From Candidatus Bathyarchaeota archaeon (lineage in GTDB: Archaea > Thermoproteota > Bathyarchaeia > Bathyarchaeales > Bathycorpusculaceae), in contig CAVTBV010000013.1 in assembly GCA_963733095.1 (NCBI GenBank), forward strand, positions 96,001 through 160,000: a stretch of 64,000 bases of DNA, given 5' to 3'. The notes beneath the pieces are model-generated. The model did no database searches. It was not told the origin of the DNA and was given only the letters and a program-made list of their open reading frames with translations. The position numbers and the translations under genes are program-made. Of this stretch, positions 1 to 12,127 are shown in pieces (position 1 is the first letter of the stretch; each line of letters opens with the position of its first letter).

Positions 1-427
1 CTTTCCGGCAACAGTTCTCTGATACAACCCCTCTTCAACCAGTTAAATACGACTGCGCCTGGACTTTTTGCACCAGCTTCCGAAGCGTTGCGTTCTGTAA
101 CTTTGGGAATCATTGAGAGGGTTTCATCTATTATGATTCATTTTGCATGAGGATACCTTTGCTCTATGGCGGCTATCTACCGTAAGAAACGGTTGTTTTT
201 GATTGCATTGCCTTTTGGGGTTTATCGATTTTTTGGTACCTTTCGCTCAGGGCTCTATTGATGCTTTTGAGACTGTTGTGTTTGCGTTGTCTGTCCTCTC
301 TGTTGCGGTAGCATGGTATGTAACCAGATGGATCCTAAAAAGCACTAAAACCCAGACACTAGCGTCTCAAGTCAGCTTTAATTTTTGTGCTATCGAAAAG
401 CTTATCCCTGAACCGCATCAAATATGA
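1..427 (+). pseudogene. 3' part of a YhfC/PrsW-like intramembrane metalloprotease, disrupted
   Basis: Frame 1 reads ...LGIIERVSSIMIHFA*GYLCSMAAIYRKKRLFLIALPFG with TGA at 148-150 where Trp is expected, then a frameshift near 220 into FIDFLVPFAQ...AVAWYVTRWILK. The 3' end is uncertain. Confidence 0.6.
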
Positions 428-449
428 ATTGAACTATTGGTGGGTAGGT

Positions 450-1217
450 ATGTCGTTTGAATCGGGCAGAAAACTTGGCTATTATGCCAGTTTAATTTAC
501 CTTATTTTGCCAGTTGTTGCCATAGTAGGCGGAGTGGTTTTTGTTTTTTCCCTTATTGCTAGTGCCGCAACGGGAGTTGCCAACGGCACAGTTGTGCCAG
601 CATTCGCGACTTTTTTCGGCGGATTCATCATATACATAATCGCTATTGCGATCATAGGCATAGTGGGTTTCATCCTGTTTATCGTGGCGATGTATCATTT
701 GTCCAATTATTACAGTGAACCAACCATCTTCAAAAATATTCTGTATGCCTTCCTGATAAGCATCATTTCAACCATAGTCGTTTATGCCTTAGAATTTGCC
801 TTCATACTATCGTCAATAACAAGGATTTCGCAGACAGGTACACCATCCACCGTCTTTCCCTTTTTTGCCTTGATAGGCGTAATCGGTGTGGGGCTAGTTT
901 TCGCAATAGTTAACGGTTTGCTCTACATGCGTGCATTCAACAAGTTAAAAGAAAAATCTGGAGTAGACAATTTCGGGACTGCTGGTCTACTTTATTTAAT
1001 CGGCGCAATAATTCCGATAATTGCTTGGATAGCTTGGATTTTTGCCGCAATGGGATTCCACAAACTTCAACCACCCCCAGCAACCACTTCGACTGGTTAC
1101 TATCACATCCCTCCGCCGCCGACAAACTCATTGCAAATCAAGCATTGCCCGCGCTGCGGAACAGAAAACACTGTCAACTCACTTTTCTGCACATCGTGCG
1201 GCAACCCACTGCAGTAA
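450..1217 (+). CDS. DUF996-like membrane protein with C-terminal zinc ribbon
   Basis: Several TM helices, YYSEPTIFKN and GVDNFGTAGLLYLIGA motifs, C-terminal CPRC...CTSC; ATG at 450. Confidence 0.75.
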   Translation: MSFESGRKLGYYASLIYLILPVVAIVGGVVFVFSLIASAATGVANGTVVPAFATFFGGFIIYIIAIAIIGIVGFILFIVAMYHLSNYYSEPTIFKNILYAFLISIISTIVVYALEFAFILSSITRISQTGTPSTVFPFFALIGVIGVGLVFAIVNGLLYMRAFNKLKEKSGVDNFGTAGLLYLIGAIIPIIAWIAWIFAAMGFHKLQPPPATTSTGYYHIPPPPTNSLQIKHCPRCGTENTVNSLFCTSCGNPLQ

Positions 1218-1324
1218 AGCATAAAAATTCAAGCAAGTAAACGCTTCCACATCGCACAAGTACATCTGCTACAAAAAATTTTATATCTTGGGTGTTGCTC
1301 CTTTTAAATATAAGTTGTGATTAT

Positions 1325-2305
1325 ATGGCAGTCAAAATTTCCCCAGACTATATTGATTTGCTCAACAAAGCAGTTGAAAGAGAATTTCAAGTTTCTCTCC
1401 AATACATTCTTCAACACGCAAAAATGGAGAAGTTGGTCCGTAGAACTATCCCAGAAAATATACTTTTAGAAAAAACAATATACGATGCAGTTGGCAAGTT
1501 TCTGCGTGAAATTGCCATCCAGGAAATGAAGCATGCCGCTTCTATAATGGAGCGCATCTACTATCTTGGCGGACAAGCAACAACCAAAGCCAGTAAAGTA
1601 ACCGTTGGCGATAGCATCAGCGAATTTGCTAACCTTGGCGTAAAAGCTGAAGAAGAAGCCTTGGTTCTATACCGCCAAATCATCGACACCTCAGGGAAAA
1701 TGGGCGATTGGGAAACGCGGGAAGTCTTCGAGAAAATCTACGCTGAAGAAGAAGGACACCTCTTCAAGTTCCAAGAATACACAAAGTTCCAAGACGAAAA
1801 AGACGAACCCAGCAAAGTGCCATTGCCAGAATGGCGTAAAATTTACACAGACGACTACTTTGCGCTCTTAAACAAAGCGGTTTCTGCTGAAATCACAGGC
1901 ATAATCCAGTATACTAACCAGCATGAGAAGATGGCTTTCCTTGAACTAAGAATGAAAAACACCGCGCTCGAAGCAATCACGGAAACCAACAAAGCCGCCG
2001 TCGTAAGCAAAATTCTCAAAGACGTCTTCATGCAGGAAATGGACCACCTAGAAAAAATCAGCGAACGCATCTTCCTCCTCGAAGGCGAAGCCACATGGAA
2101 ACCCGACCCACTGCCAGTCGTCGGCAACACCGCACAGGACTTTCTGGTTTTAGACCACGCATTGGAAAGCAGCGCAATAACACTCTACCGACAAATCATT
2201 GCAGAAGCACTCAAACGCGGCGACACAACCACAAGACGCATGTTCGAAGACATAATCCTCCAAGAAGAAGACCACTTCTGGACCTTCGACGACTTCGTAA
2301 GATAA
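1325..2305 (+). CDS. Tandem (two-domain) ferritin/bacterioferritin-like di-iron protein
   Basis: Two homologous halves, each with LLNKAV..E....QY, EMxH...I.ERI..L.G and EExH motifs. Confidence 0.8.
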   Translation: MAVKISPDYIDLLNKAVEREFQVSLQYILQHAKMEKLVRRTIPENILLEKTIYDAVGKFLREIAIQEMKHAASIMERIYYLGGQATTKASKVTVGDSISEFANLGVKAEEEALVLYRQIIDTSGKMGDWETREVFEKIYAEEEGHLFKFQEYTKFQDEKDEPSKVPLPEWRKIYTDDYFALLNKAVSAEITGIIQYTNQHEKMAFLELRMKNTALEAITETNKAAVVSKILKDVFMQEMDHLEKISERIFLLEGEATWKPDPLPVVGNTAQDFLVLDHALESSAITLYRQIIAEALKRGDTTTRRMFEDIILQEEDHFWTFDDFVR

Positions 2306-2443
2306 ACTCCTTCCCCCTACTTTTTAGGGCTTAATTTTTTTCTTTTTAACTATTTTTATACATATACGGGTCTACTCTCTTTGGATTTTGGGAAAACTTA
2401 AAATCCCTTTAACTCCAACAGTAATATAGCAGAGGCGAAGAGG

Positions 2444-2581
2444 ATGAGCGAAGAAAAGCAGCCTCGTTGTATGAACTGCGGGAACTTTATCGATGATTGC
2501 AATTGCGTGTGCCCATATTGTGGCGAAACTGAAAAATGCACATGTTGCATTGGACATGATAAAGCAACTGGCGGCGGATAG
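2444..2581 (+). CDS. 45-aa Cys-rich peptide (9 Cys), absent from the ORF track
   Basis: MSEEKQPRCMNCGNFIDDCNCVCPYCGETEKCTCCIGHDKATGGG*, with a purine-rich RBS (gaggcgaagagg) and a TATA-like 'cttaaaa' upstream. Confidence 0.75.
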   Translation: MSEEKQPRCMNCGNFIDDCNCVCPYCGETEKCTCCIGHDKATGGG

Positions 2582-2617
2582 TACCGCAAACAAAAAATTT
2601 TCAAAGTGAGAGACAAA

Positions 2618-5495
<2,878 letters not shown>

Positions 5496-5606
5496 CCCTC
5501 TTTTTTTGGTTAAAGAAGAAAACGTAAGGAGCTTCTCCTTTCTCCTCAAAACACATATCGCTGCTACAGCTTATAAACCACTATTTCAACAATCGATATA
5601 TTTCGT

Positions 5607-5996
5607 TTAAGGTTGCTTTTCTGCTTCATCGTCAAAATAGTAATCTTCAATGAACCTTGGCGTGCAAACGCAATAGAACACTAGATCAGTTTGGCCTGTG
5701 TTGGTTATTCTCTGTGATGCCCCCGCTGGAATGATGATGACATCACCCGCACCGACTATAGTTGGTTCCAAACCGGTAAAAGACACTTCGCCCTTCCCTG
5801 CAGTTATGATGTAGATTTCCTGGATGCCTTTTAAGTGGTGTGCTTTGGTTGTTACGCCTGGCTTAACTGTGGCTACAGCGATTGAAACGTCTCTGTCGCT
5901 AAAGTTTTCCGCTATATAGCAGCGTTCAGGCGTTAAATATGGGTTTAATGAGTGGGCTTTTACTATTTTCGGTTGCAAAGTTTCGCCTTTTCTCAT
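5607..5996 (-). CDS. Cupin domain protein
   Basis: HHLKGIQEIY...GDVIIIPAG..QRITN cupin motifs. Confidence 0.85.
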   Translation of the reverse strand: MRKGETLQPKIVKAHSLNPYLTPERCYIAENFSDRDVSIAVATVKPGVTTKAHHLKGIQEIYIITAGKGEVSFTGLEPTIVGAGDVIIIPAGASQRITNTGQTDLVFYCVCTPRFIEDYYFDDEAEKQP

Positions 5997-6202
5997 GTTT
6001 GGTTTAGAAGCTAAAAGGTAACTATTGAATATGACTGTTTTTAATTATATTGATTGCGCAAGGCTTAACCAAAGATGTATTTGCTTGAAAATGGGGTTTT
6101 TTGGTGAAAAAGGGCTTGTTTCGGATTTTTTTATTTGGTGTTTTTTGTTTAAACTTTATGGAGTCGGCTGCGGGTTTGCTGGTTGTTTTGTGTGTTTGAT
6201 GT

Positions 6203-6267
6203 GAAAATAACTTATATATGCGCTAACTGTAGTGTGTAGAGAAGACCATTAACACTATATCTATATC
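6203..6267 (+). promoter_or_regulatory. BRE/TATA promoter followed by two NrdR-box-like sites
   Basis: gaaaataa-c-ttatatat (6203-6219), then gcgctaactgtagtgt (6220-6235) and acactatatctatatc (6252-6267). Each matches ACACTATATATAGTGT at 11/16; starts are 32 bp apart. Confidence 0.6.
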
Positions 6268-6289
6268 TCAGGAAGAGCATGTATTAACT

Positions 6290-6739
6290 ATGAGATGCCC
6301 CTACTGCAACTCCGAAAATTCAAAAACCCTCGAAACACGCGACTCCCCAGACAACACCACACGAAGACGACGAGAATGCATCAACTGCGGAAAACGCTAC
6401 ACCACCTACGAATACCTCGAAACCGTCGAACTTATGGTCAGAAAAAAAGGCGGCGAACTCCAACGCTTCGACGAAAACAAAATTATCCGCGGCCTACAGA
6501 AAGCATGCGAAAAAAGACCCGTAACCATGAGCCAAATCAACGAGTTAGCAGGGAAAGTACGCCAAGACCTTATGCTTAAAGGCACCGGGGAAGTTGCATC
6601 AGGAGAAATCGGCGACTTAATCATGAAATACCTAAAGACTGTGGACCGCATCGCATACATTCGGTTCGCTTCAGTTTACAAGCAGTTTGAAGAACCTGAA
6701 GATTTCAGGAAATTACTCTTAGAAGTGAAAAAACAATGA
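6290..6739 (+). CDS. nrdR: Transcriptional repressor NrdR
   Basis: MRCPYC...RRRRECINCGKRYTTYE zinc ribbon, ATP-cone, AYIRFASVY. Confidence 0.95.
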   Translation: MRCPYCNSENSKTLETRDSPDNTTRRRRECINCGKRYTTYEYLETVELMVRKKGGELQRFDENKIIRGLQKACEKRPVTMSQINELAGKVRQDLMLKGTGEVASGEIGDLIMKYLKTVDRIAYIRFASVYKQFEEPEDFRKLLLEVKKQ

Positions 6740-8862
6740 AGTTTGTACTAAAACGTGATAGTAAATTAGAACCTTTCGATCAAGAACGAATTACAGTCGC
6801 CATTTGGAAAGCTGCTAAAGCTGTGGGTGGAAGAGACAAAGAACAGGCTAAGCGAGTCAGCGACGAAGTCGTAACTTTACTTAACAAGCAGTACGGCGAC
6901 GATGGCGTGCCCACGGTTGAGGAAATCCAAGATCTCGTTGAAAAACGACTAATCGAAAACGGACATGCTTCAACAGCGAAAGCCTACATACTCTACCGTA
7001 AGCAGCATACCGACATGCGCGAGTTAGCGGCGCTGCTTAGCTCCTCCGACATGGTCGACCAGTATCTTGAGGTTGAGGACTGGCGGGTAAAAGAAAACAG
7101 CAACATGAGCTATTCGCTACAGGGACTCAACAATTATCTCTCATCCACAGTCATCGCCAAGTACTGGATTGCCCGAATTTATCCCTCAAAGATTGCTGAA
7201 GCCCACTTTTCAGGAGACCTGCACATTCACGATTTAGGTGTTCTTGGTCCGTACTGTGTAGGTTGGGATGTAAGCGACCTGTTACTTTCAGGGTTTGGTG
7301 GTGTAGCAGGCAAAATAGAGAGCAAACCTGCAAAACACTTCCGCACAGCGCTAGGACAAGTCGTAAACTTCTTCTATACCTTGCAGGGTGAGGCAGCAGG
7401 TGCACAGGCATTCAGTAATTTTGACACATATCTTGCCCCGTTCATACGCTATGACCACCTAAGTCAAAAAGAGGTGGAGCAGGCGTTGCAGGAATTCTTC
7501 TTCAACATGAACGTGCCAACTCGCGTCGGTTTCCAAACACCCTTCACCAACCTAACACTTGACTTAACCGTTCCAGACTTCATGAAGAACGAGGCTGTGC
7601 TCTACAACGGCAAAGTCACCCAAGACACCTACGGCGACATGACAAAAGAGATGGAAATGTTCAACATCGCCTTCGCCGAGGGCATGCGCCAAGGCGACTC
7701 AAAAGGCAGAGTATTCACATTCCCAATTCCAACATACAACATAACCAAAGACTTCGACTGGGATTCACCAGTTTCTCAAGCTATCTTTGAAGTCACAGCC
7801 AAATACGGCGTGCCATACTTCAGCAACTTCGTTAACAGCGACATGAAACCAGAAGATGTACGCAGCATGTGCTGCCGCCTACGCATAGATAACCGCGAAC
7901 TACGCAAGCGAGGCGGAGGATTCTTCGGCGCCAACCCCTTAACGGGCAGCATAGGCGTCGTCACGTTGAACCTCCCAAGAATCGGCTACCTGTCCAAAGA
8001 TGAGGACGAATTCTTTGAGCGACTTGAAACCTTGATGGAAACAGCCAAATCCAGCCTAGAAATTAAACGTAAAGTGCTTGAGGCATTCACAGATAACGGT
8101 TTATACCCCTATTCAAGGCGTTATTTGCGTCACGTTAAAGATGGATATGACAAGTACTGGAAGAACCACTTCTCCACCATAGGTATAGTGGGCGTTAACG
8201 AAGCAATCATCAATTTGCTGGGACAAAACATAGCGTCGCGCGATGGGCAAGCCTTCGCCATGAAGATGCTCACATTTATGCGGGACCGCTTAGCGGACTA
8301 CCAAGAGGAGACAGGCTGCATCTACAACCTTGAAGCCACTCCAGCCGAAGGAACATCCTATCGTCTTGCACGATTAGACAAAAAACGCTATCGAGACATT
8401 ATATTCGCTAATCAGAAACAAATCAACGCAAACCGAGCAGAACCTTTCTACACTAACTCTTCCCAGTTGCCAGTGGACTTCTCAGGCGACCTCTTCGATG
8501 CGCTTGAACACCAAGAAACTCTGCAGTCACTCTATACTGGAGGCACAGTATTCCACATATTCCTAGGTGAGCGCTTGCCATCTTGGAAATCAGCTGCGGA
8601 ACTAATCAAAAAAGTCGCTTGGAACTCAAAGCTGCCCTACTTCACCCTATCGCCAACGTTTAGTATTTGCCCAACCCACGGCTACACAAGCGGCGAACAC
8701 AAACTATGCCCCGTCTGTGAAGCACCCAGCGAAGTGTACTCGCGAGTCGTCGGGTACCTGCGACCAGTTGACCAATGGAACGATGGAAAACAAGCAGAAT
8801 TCGGCATACGCAAAACCTTCGACCGCTCAACCATAATGAAATCAGTCCCCATAACCGTATAG
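6736..8862 (+). CDS. nrdD: Anaerobic (class III) ribonucleoside-triphosphate reductase with ATP-cone
   Basis: N-terminal ATP-cone, MCCRL, ATPAEG, Zn site CPTHG..CPVC, glycyl radical motif SRVVGYLRP. Confidence 0.95.
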   Translation: MKFVLKRDSKLEPFDQERITVAIWKAAKAVGGRDKEQAKRVSDEVVTLLNKQYGDDGVPTVEEIQDLVEKRLIENGHASTAKAYILYRKQHTDMRELAALLSSSDMVDQYLEVEDWRVKENSNMSYSLQGLNNYLSSTVIAKYWIARIYPSKIAEAHFSGDLHIHDLGVLGPYCVGWDVSDLLLSGFGGVAGKIESKPAKHFRTALGQVVNFFYTLQGEAAGAQAFSNFDTYLAPFIRYDHLSQKEVEQALQEFFFNMNVPTRVGFQTPFTNLTLDLTVPDFMKNEAVLYNGKVTQDTYGDMTKEMEMFNIAFAEGMRQGDSKGRVFTFPIPTYNITKDFDWDSPVSQAIFEVTAKYGVPYFSNFVNSDMKPEDVRSMCCRLRIDNRELRKRGGGFFGANPLTGSIGVVTLNLPRIGYLSKDEDEFFERLETLMETAKSSLEIKRKVLEAFTDNGLYPYSRRYLRHVKDGYDKYWKNHFSTIGIVGVNEAIINLLGQNIASRDGQAFAMKMLTFMRDRLADYQEETGCIYNLEATPAEGTSYRLARLDKKRYRDIIFANQKQINANRAEPFYTNSSQLPVDFSGDLFDALEHQETLQSLYTGGTVFHIFLGERLPSWKSAAELIKKVAWNSKLPYFTLSPTFSICPTHGYTSGEHKLCPVCEAPSEVYSRVVGYLRPVDQWNDGKQAEFGIRKTFDRSTIMKSVPITV

Positions 8863-8878
8863 GAGAAAAAACATTACT

Positions 8879-9556
8879 ATGAAGTTTAGCGGATTACAAA
8901 AAATCAGCCTAGTCGACTACCCCGATAAGATAGCATCGGTGCTGTTTACGCCTGGCTGCAACTTACGCTGCCCTTTCTGCCACAACTGGCGCATAGCCGT
9001 TGACCCGCAACCACCGTTTCTGCAAGAAGGCTTGGCACTAGAGATTTTGGAGAGCCGCAAAAAATACGTTGATGCCGTCGTGGTCACGGGCGGTGAACCA
9101 TGCATGCACAAAGAACTGCCTAAATTCTTAGGTAAACTTAAGGAACGCGGCTTTATGGTAAAGTTGGATACAAACGGTTTCTTCCCAAACGTCCTTGAAG
9201 AATGCTTGGGAAGCGTGGATTACGTGGCTATGGATGTTAAAACCTGCGCTGAAAAATACAAGCTGCTGGGTGCCAAAGACACAACGGAACTGATGCGTAC
9301 TGTGGAAATTCTAAAAATGGGTAAAGTGCCATACGAATTCCGCACCACTGCGGTTCCAGAACTCGTTACGGCCCAGGATGCTACATGCATCGGAGAGATG
9401 GTTAAAGGCTCAAAAACCCATGCACTCCAACAATTCGTCCCTCAAGACACGCTCGACAAACGCTATCAGACCTTCAAGCCTTATGCGCCGGACACAATCA
9501 ATGACTTCGCAAAAATAATTCAGCCTTTTACCGAAAAAGTCGTTGTCCGCATCTAA
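8879..9556 (+). CDS. nrdG: Class III RNR activating radical SAM enzyme
   Basis: GCNLRCPFCHN, TGGEP and KLDTNG motifs; directly after nrdD. Confidence 0.93.
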   Translation: MKFSGLQKISLVDYPDKIASVLFTPGCNLRCPFCHNWRIAVDPQPPFLQEGLALEILESRKKYVDAVVVTGGEPCMHKELPKFLGKLKERGFMVKLDTNGFFPNVLEECLGSVDYVAMDVKTCAEKYKLLGAKDTTELMRTVEILKMGKVPYEFRTTAVPELVTAQDATCIGEMVKGSKTHALQQFVPQDTLDKRYQTFKPYAPDTINDFAKIIQPFTEKVVVRI

Positions 9557-9623
9557 AATTTTCTATTTTTTCTTGAAAATTTTTAGCTAAACCTTTGTGC
9601 CTCTTTAGTTTTTTCTTAAATTA

Positions 9624-9955
9624 ATGCAAAATGCAAAAAACAGAACTATTGCTATTTTAATTGTGGCAATTTTAGCAATTCTATAGGAGGTTCAGTGACT
9701 ACTTCTGGACTCAGCAAAGTAACTGTTGACGCACCCAGCGTGACATGACAACCTCAATGCCAGTGACTGTACCAGGCACGATTATTATATCAACAGCTTT
9801 CCACGAAAGCTAACAATCACTGGAGCAACCCTGTTCCAACCACAGTGTCATCAATGGCTGACCAATACTTCGCCGCAATGATTGCGATGAATAGTCTTGC
9901 AATTGCCATAGTTGGAGAAGTACTGGCCGTTCTGTTGGTAAGAAAAAGACCATAA
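9624..9955 (+). pseudogene. Collapsed remnant of a secreted, C-terminally anchored surface protein
   Basis: Signal peptide MQNAKNRTIAILIVAILAISIG, broken middle (SKVTVDAPSV), and tail SSMADQYFAAMIA...LLVRKRP* matching the tail at 33062-33167. Confidence 0.6.
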
Positions 9956-10107
9956 AAAACTGCAAAAAACAACTTTTTCTCCTTCTTTAATTTCAAAAAC
10001 ATCAATTGTTCAACCCCTACATTTCCCATAGAAACACTTGTTGTAGGCACCTAACAGTCACAACTTCTAAAGAACCTAACAAAACTCTACTATTTTGAGG
10101 CAAAAAT

Positions 10108-10689
10108 ATGAAAATAGCAATCATAGGCAAAGGCAACGTTGGCACAGCGCTCCATACTGGTTTAAGCCGAGCGGGACACGAAACAAAGTTTGGCCATCGC
10201 GACCCAACAGAACCAGTTTCTGAAGCCGCAAAATGGGGCGAAATAATCATCCTCGCCGTTCCACATGAAAACGCAAACAACGCAATAGAAGCAATAGGAC
10301 AGTTTGCTGACGGAAAAATCGTAATCGATGTCATGAACGCCATTGGGCCAAAAATGGATTTAGGAATCAGCTGCACAACATCCAGCGCTGAAGAAACCCA
10401 GAAAAAACTCCCTAAAGCCCATGTAGTAAAAGCATTCAACACAGTGTTTGCCCCAAACCAGAGCACCGCAAAACTTGGAGATGAACAGCTAACAGCTTTC
10501 CTTGCAGGAGACGACCCAAAAGCTAAACAAACCGTAGCTAAACTAACCAAAGACATCGGTTTTGATCCAGTAGACTGTGGACCCCTAAAAGCAGCCCGCT
10601 ACCTTGAAGCCATGGCAATAATGATAATCAATTTAGCATACACATACGGTATGGGCAACAAGATAGGATACAAACTGGTAAAAGCTTAG
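10108..10689 (+). CDS. NADPH-dependent F420 reductase-family oxidoreductase
   Basis: IIGKGNVG Rossmann motif, VVKAFNT, GFDPVDCGPL. Confidence 0.85.
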   Translation: MKIAIIGKGNVGTALHTGLSRAGHETKFGHRDPTEPVSEAAKWGEIIILAVPHENANNAIEAIGQFADGKIVIDVMNAIGPKMDLGISCTTSSAEETQKKLPKAHVVKAFNTVFAPNQSTAKLGDEQLTAFLAGDDPKAKQTVAKLTKDIGFDPVDCGPLKAARYLEAMAIMIINLAYTYGMGNKIGYKLVKA

Positions 10690-11559
10690 ACCAAAACTCT
10701 TTTTGTGGCGCCATCGTGTGTTTATGAAAATTTTTCTTGCTTGACTGGGTTCAGGTGAGACAGTACCAACCGTCCATGAGCCAGTCACTAAAGATTCCCA
10801 GCTTTGTCAAACACCGTTTGTATCCAGTGAAAGGCACAGATGCCAACCCCCTTAGACTCTGAAGGGTTATGATTCTTTTTGTTAACCTAATGAAAGTTTA
10901 CTGCAACGTAAAAAACTCTGGTACATACAATCTTGGGTTTTATAAACCATAAGATAAATCGAGTCTGGAAACGAATTCATACTTTTTTTACGAATCTTTT
11001 ATTGACCATTTGACCGTTCTTTTGGGGATTTCCAGTGTAGAACAACAACAATCGGAATTTTTTTGGGTGTTGTTGTTCTTTCACAAGCCCTAATTTTATG
11101 AGTTTTGGCGAACCGCTTCTTCGGTGTATTCTCCGTTGAAGCTGAAGGGTAAGACGCCAAGATATCTGGTGGGTTAGCCAAGAAATTTAACTCCTTTTTT
11201 CCCGTGAGAATTTGTTACAAGCCTCAGAGGAGGCGAGGCGATTCACAGATTTCTTACTCGCAACAGAGGCTCTGAGCAACAGCCACACCAATAATTATGG
11301 TCTATGCAATGAAAAAATCTGCCATAAGAAATAGTCATCTCTTGTAGTTGCCTCTCCCCAAAACCAAACCACTTTAGAAATTGAACTCCAAAATCCTGAA
11401 CTCTCTTTAAAATTCTGAAAAGAAAAAAAGTAAGGAAATAGCGAGCAACTTATTCGCTATTTTATAAAGTGTGAATTAAAATCCAGAAGCTTTATACCAT
11501 AAAGTTTAAGGGTAAATGTTTGTTTTAGGTTGCGAGTATTTACGCTTGAGGTTTGTGGT

Positions 11560-12114
11560 TTGAGCACTACTAAAGTTGAAACGATTGAAGAAAGGAAAGC
11601 AGAAGTTCTAATCAAATTAAGAAAATATAAGCTTATCGAAAAAGAAAAATTTGAAGGCGCATATGCCTACATTATCGACATTCCACAGGACAAAGAGAAA
11701 GCAATCGTGTGGTGCATCTTAGGCGAAGCCACAGTCGGCATCGCAGCCATGAACACCCTCTACAAGGTGATGAAGGAAAAAGACCTTGACCGCGCAATAG
11801 TAGTCACCGAAGGGCGATACACTCACGCAGTAAAGTTAGGGGCGAAGAAGAAAAAAGTGGAGTTGTTGCCAAAATCGTTCCCAGTGTTCGACATATTCGA
11901 GCATGCATTAGTCCCATTCCACGAAATCCTCACTGAAAAAGAAAAGAACCAGTTGCTTGCACAGTTCAAAGTTAAACCCTATCAGATGCCGCAGGTTAAA
12001 TCAGGCGACCCAGCTGTCAAAGCGATAGGTGCAAAACCGGGCGATGTTCTGAAAATTACGCGTAAAAGCACAACTGCAGGCGAACACATAACATACAGGT
12101 ATGTTGTAGAATAA
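11560..12114 (+). CDS. rpoH: RNA polymerase subunit Rpo5/RpoH with extra N-terminal domain
   Basis: C-terminal HALVPFHEIL...DPAVKAIGAKPGDVLKITRKSTTAGEHITYRYVV preceded by ~105 extra residues. TTG start inferred. Confidence 0.88.
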   Translation: MSTTKVETIEERKAEVLIKLRKYKLIEKEKFEGAYAYIIDIPQDKEKAIVWCILGEATVGIAAMNTLYKVMKEKDLDRAIVVTEGRYTHAVKLGAKKKKVELLPKSFPVFDIFEHALVPFHEILTEKEKNQLLAQFKVKPYQMPQVKSGDPAVKAIGAKPGDVLKITRKSTTAGEHITYRYVVE

Positions 12115-12127
12115 AATAAAAAATTTT

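Noticed and set aside
10820-11045. ORB-like tccagtg motifs suggesting an origin
   Set aside because: The matches are short and partial, lack the GAAAC plus G-string arrangement and are far from cdc6.
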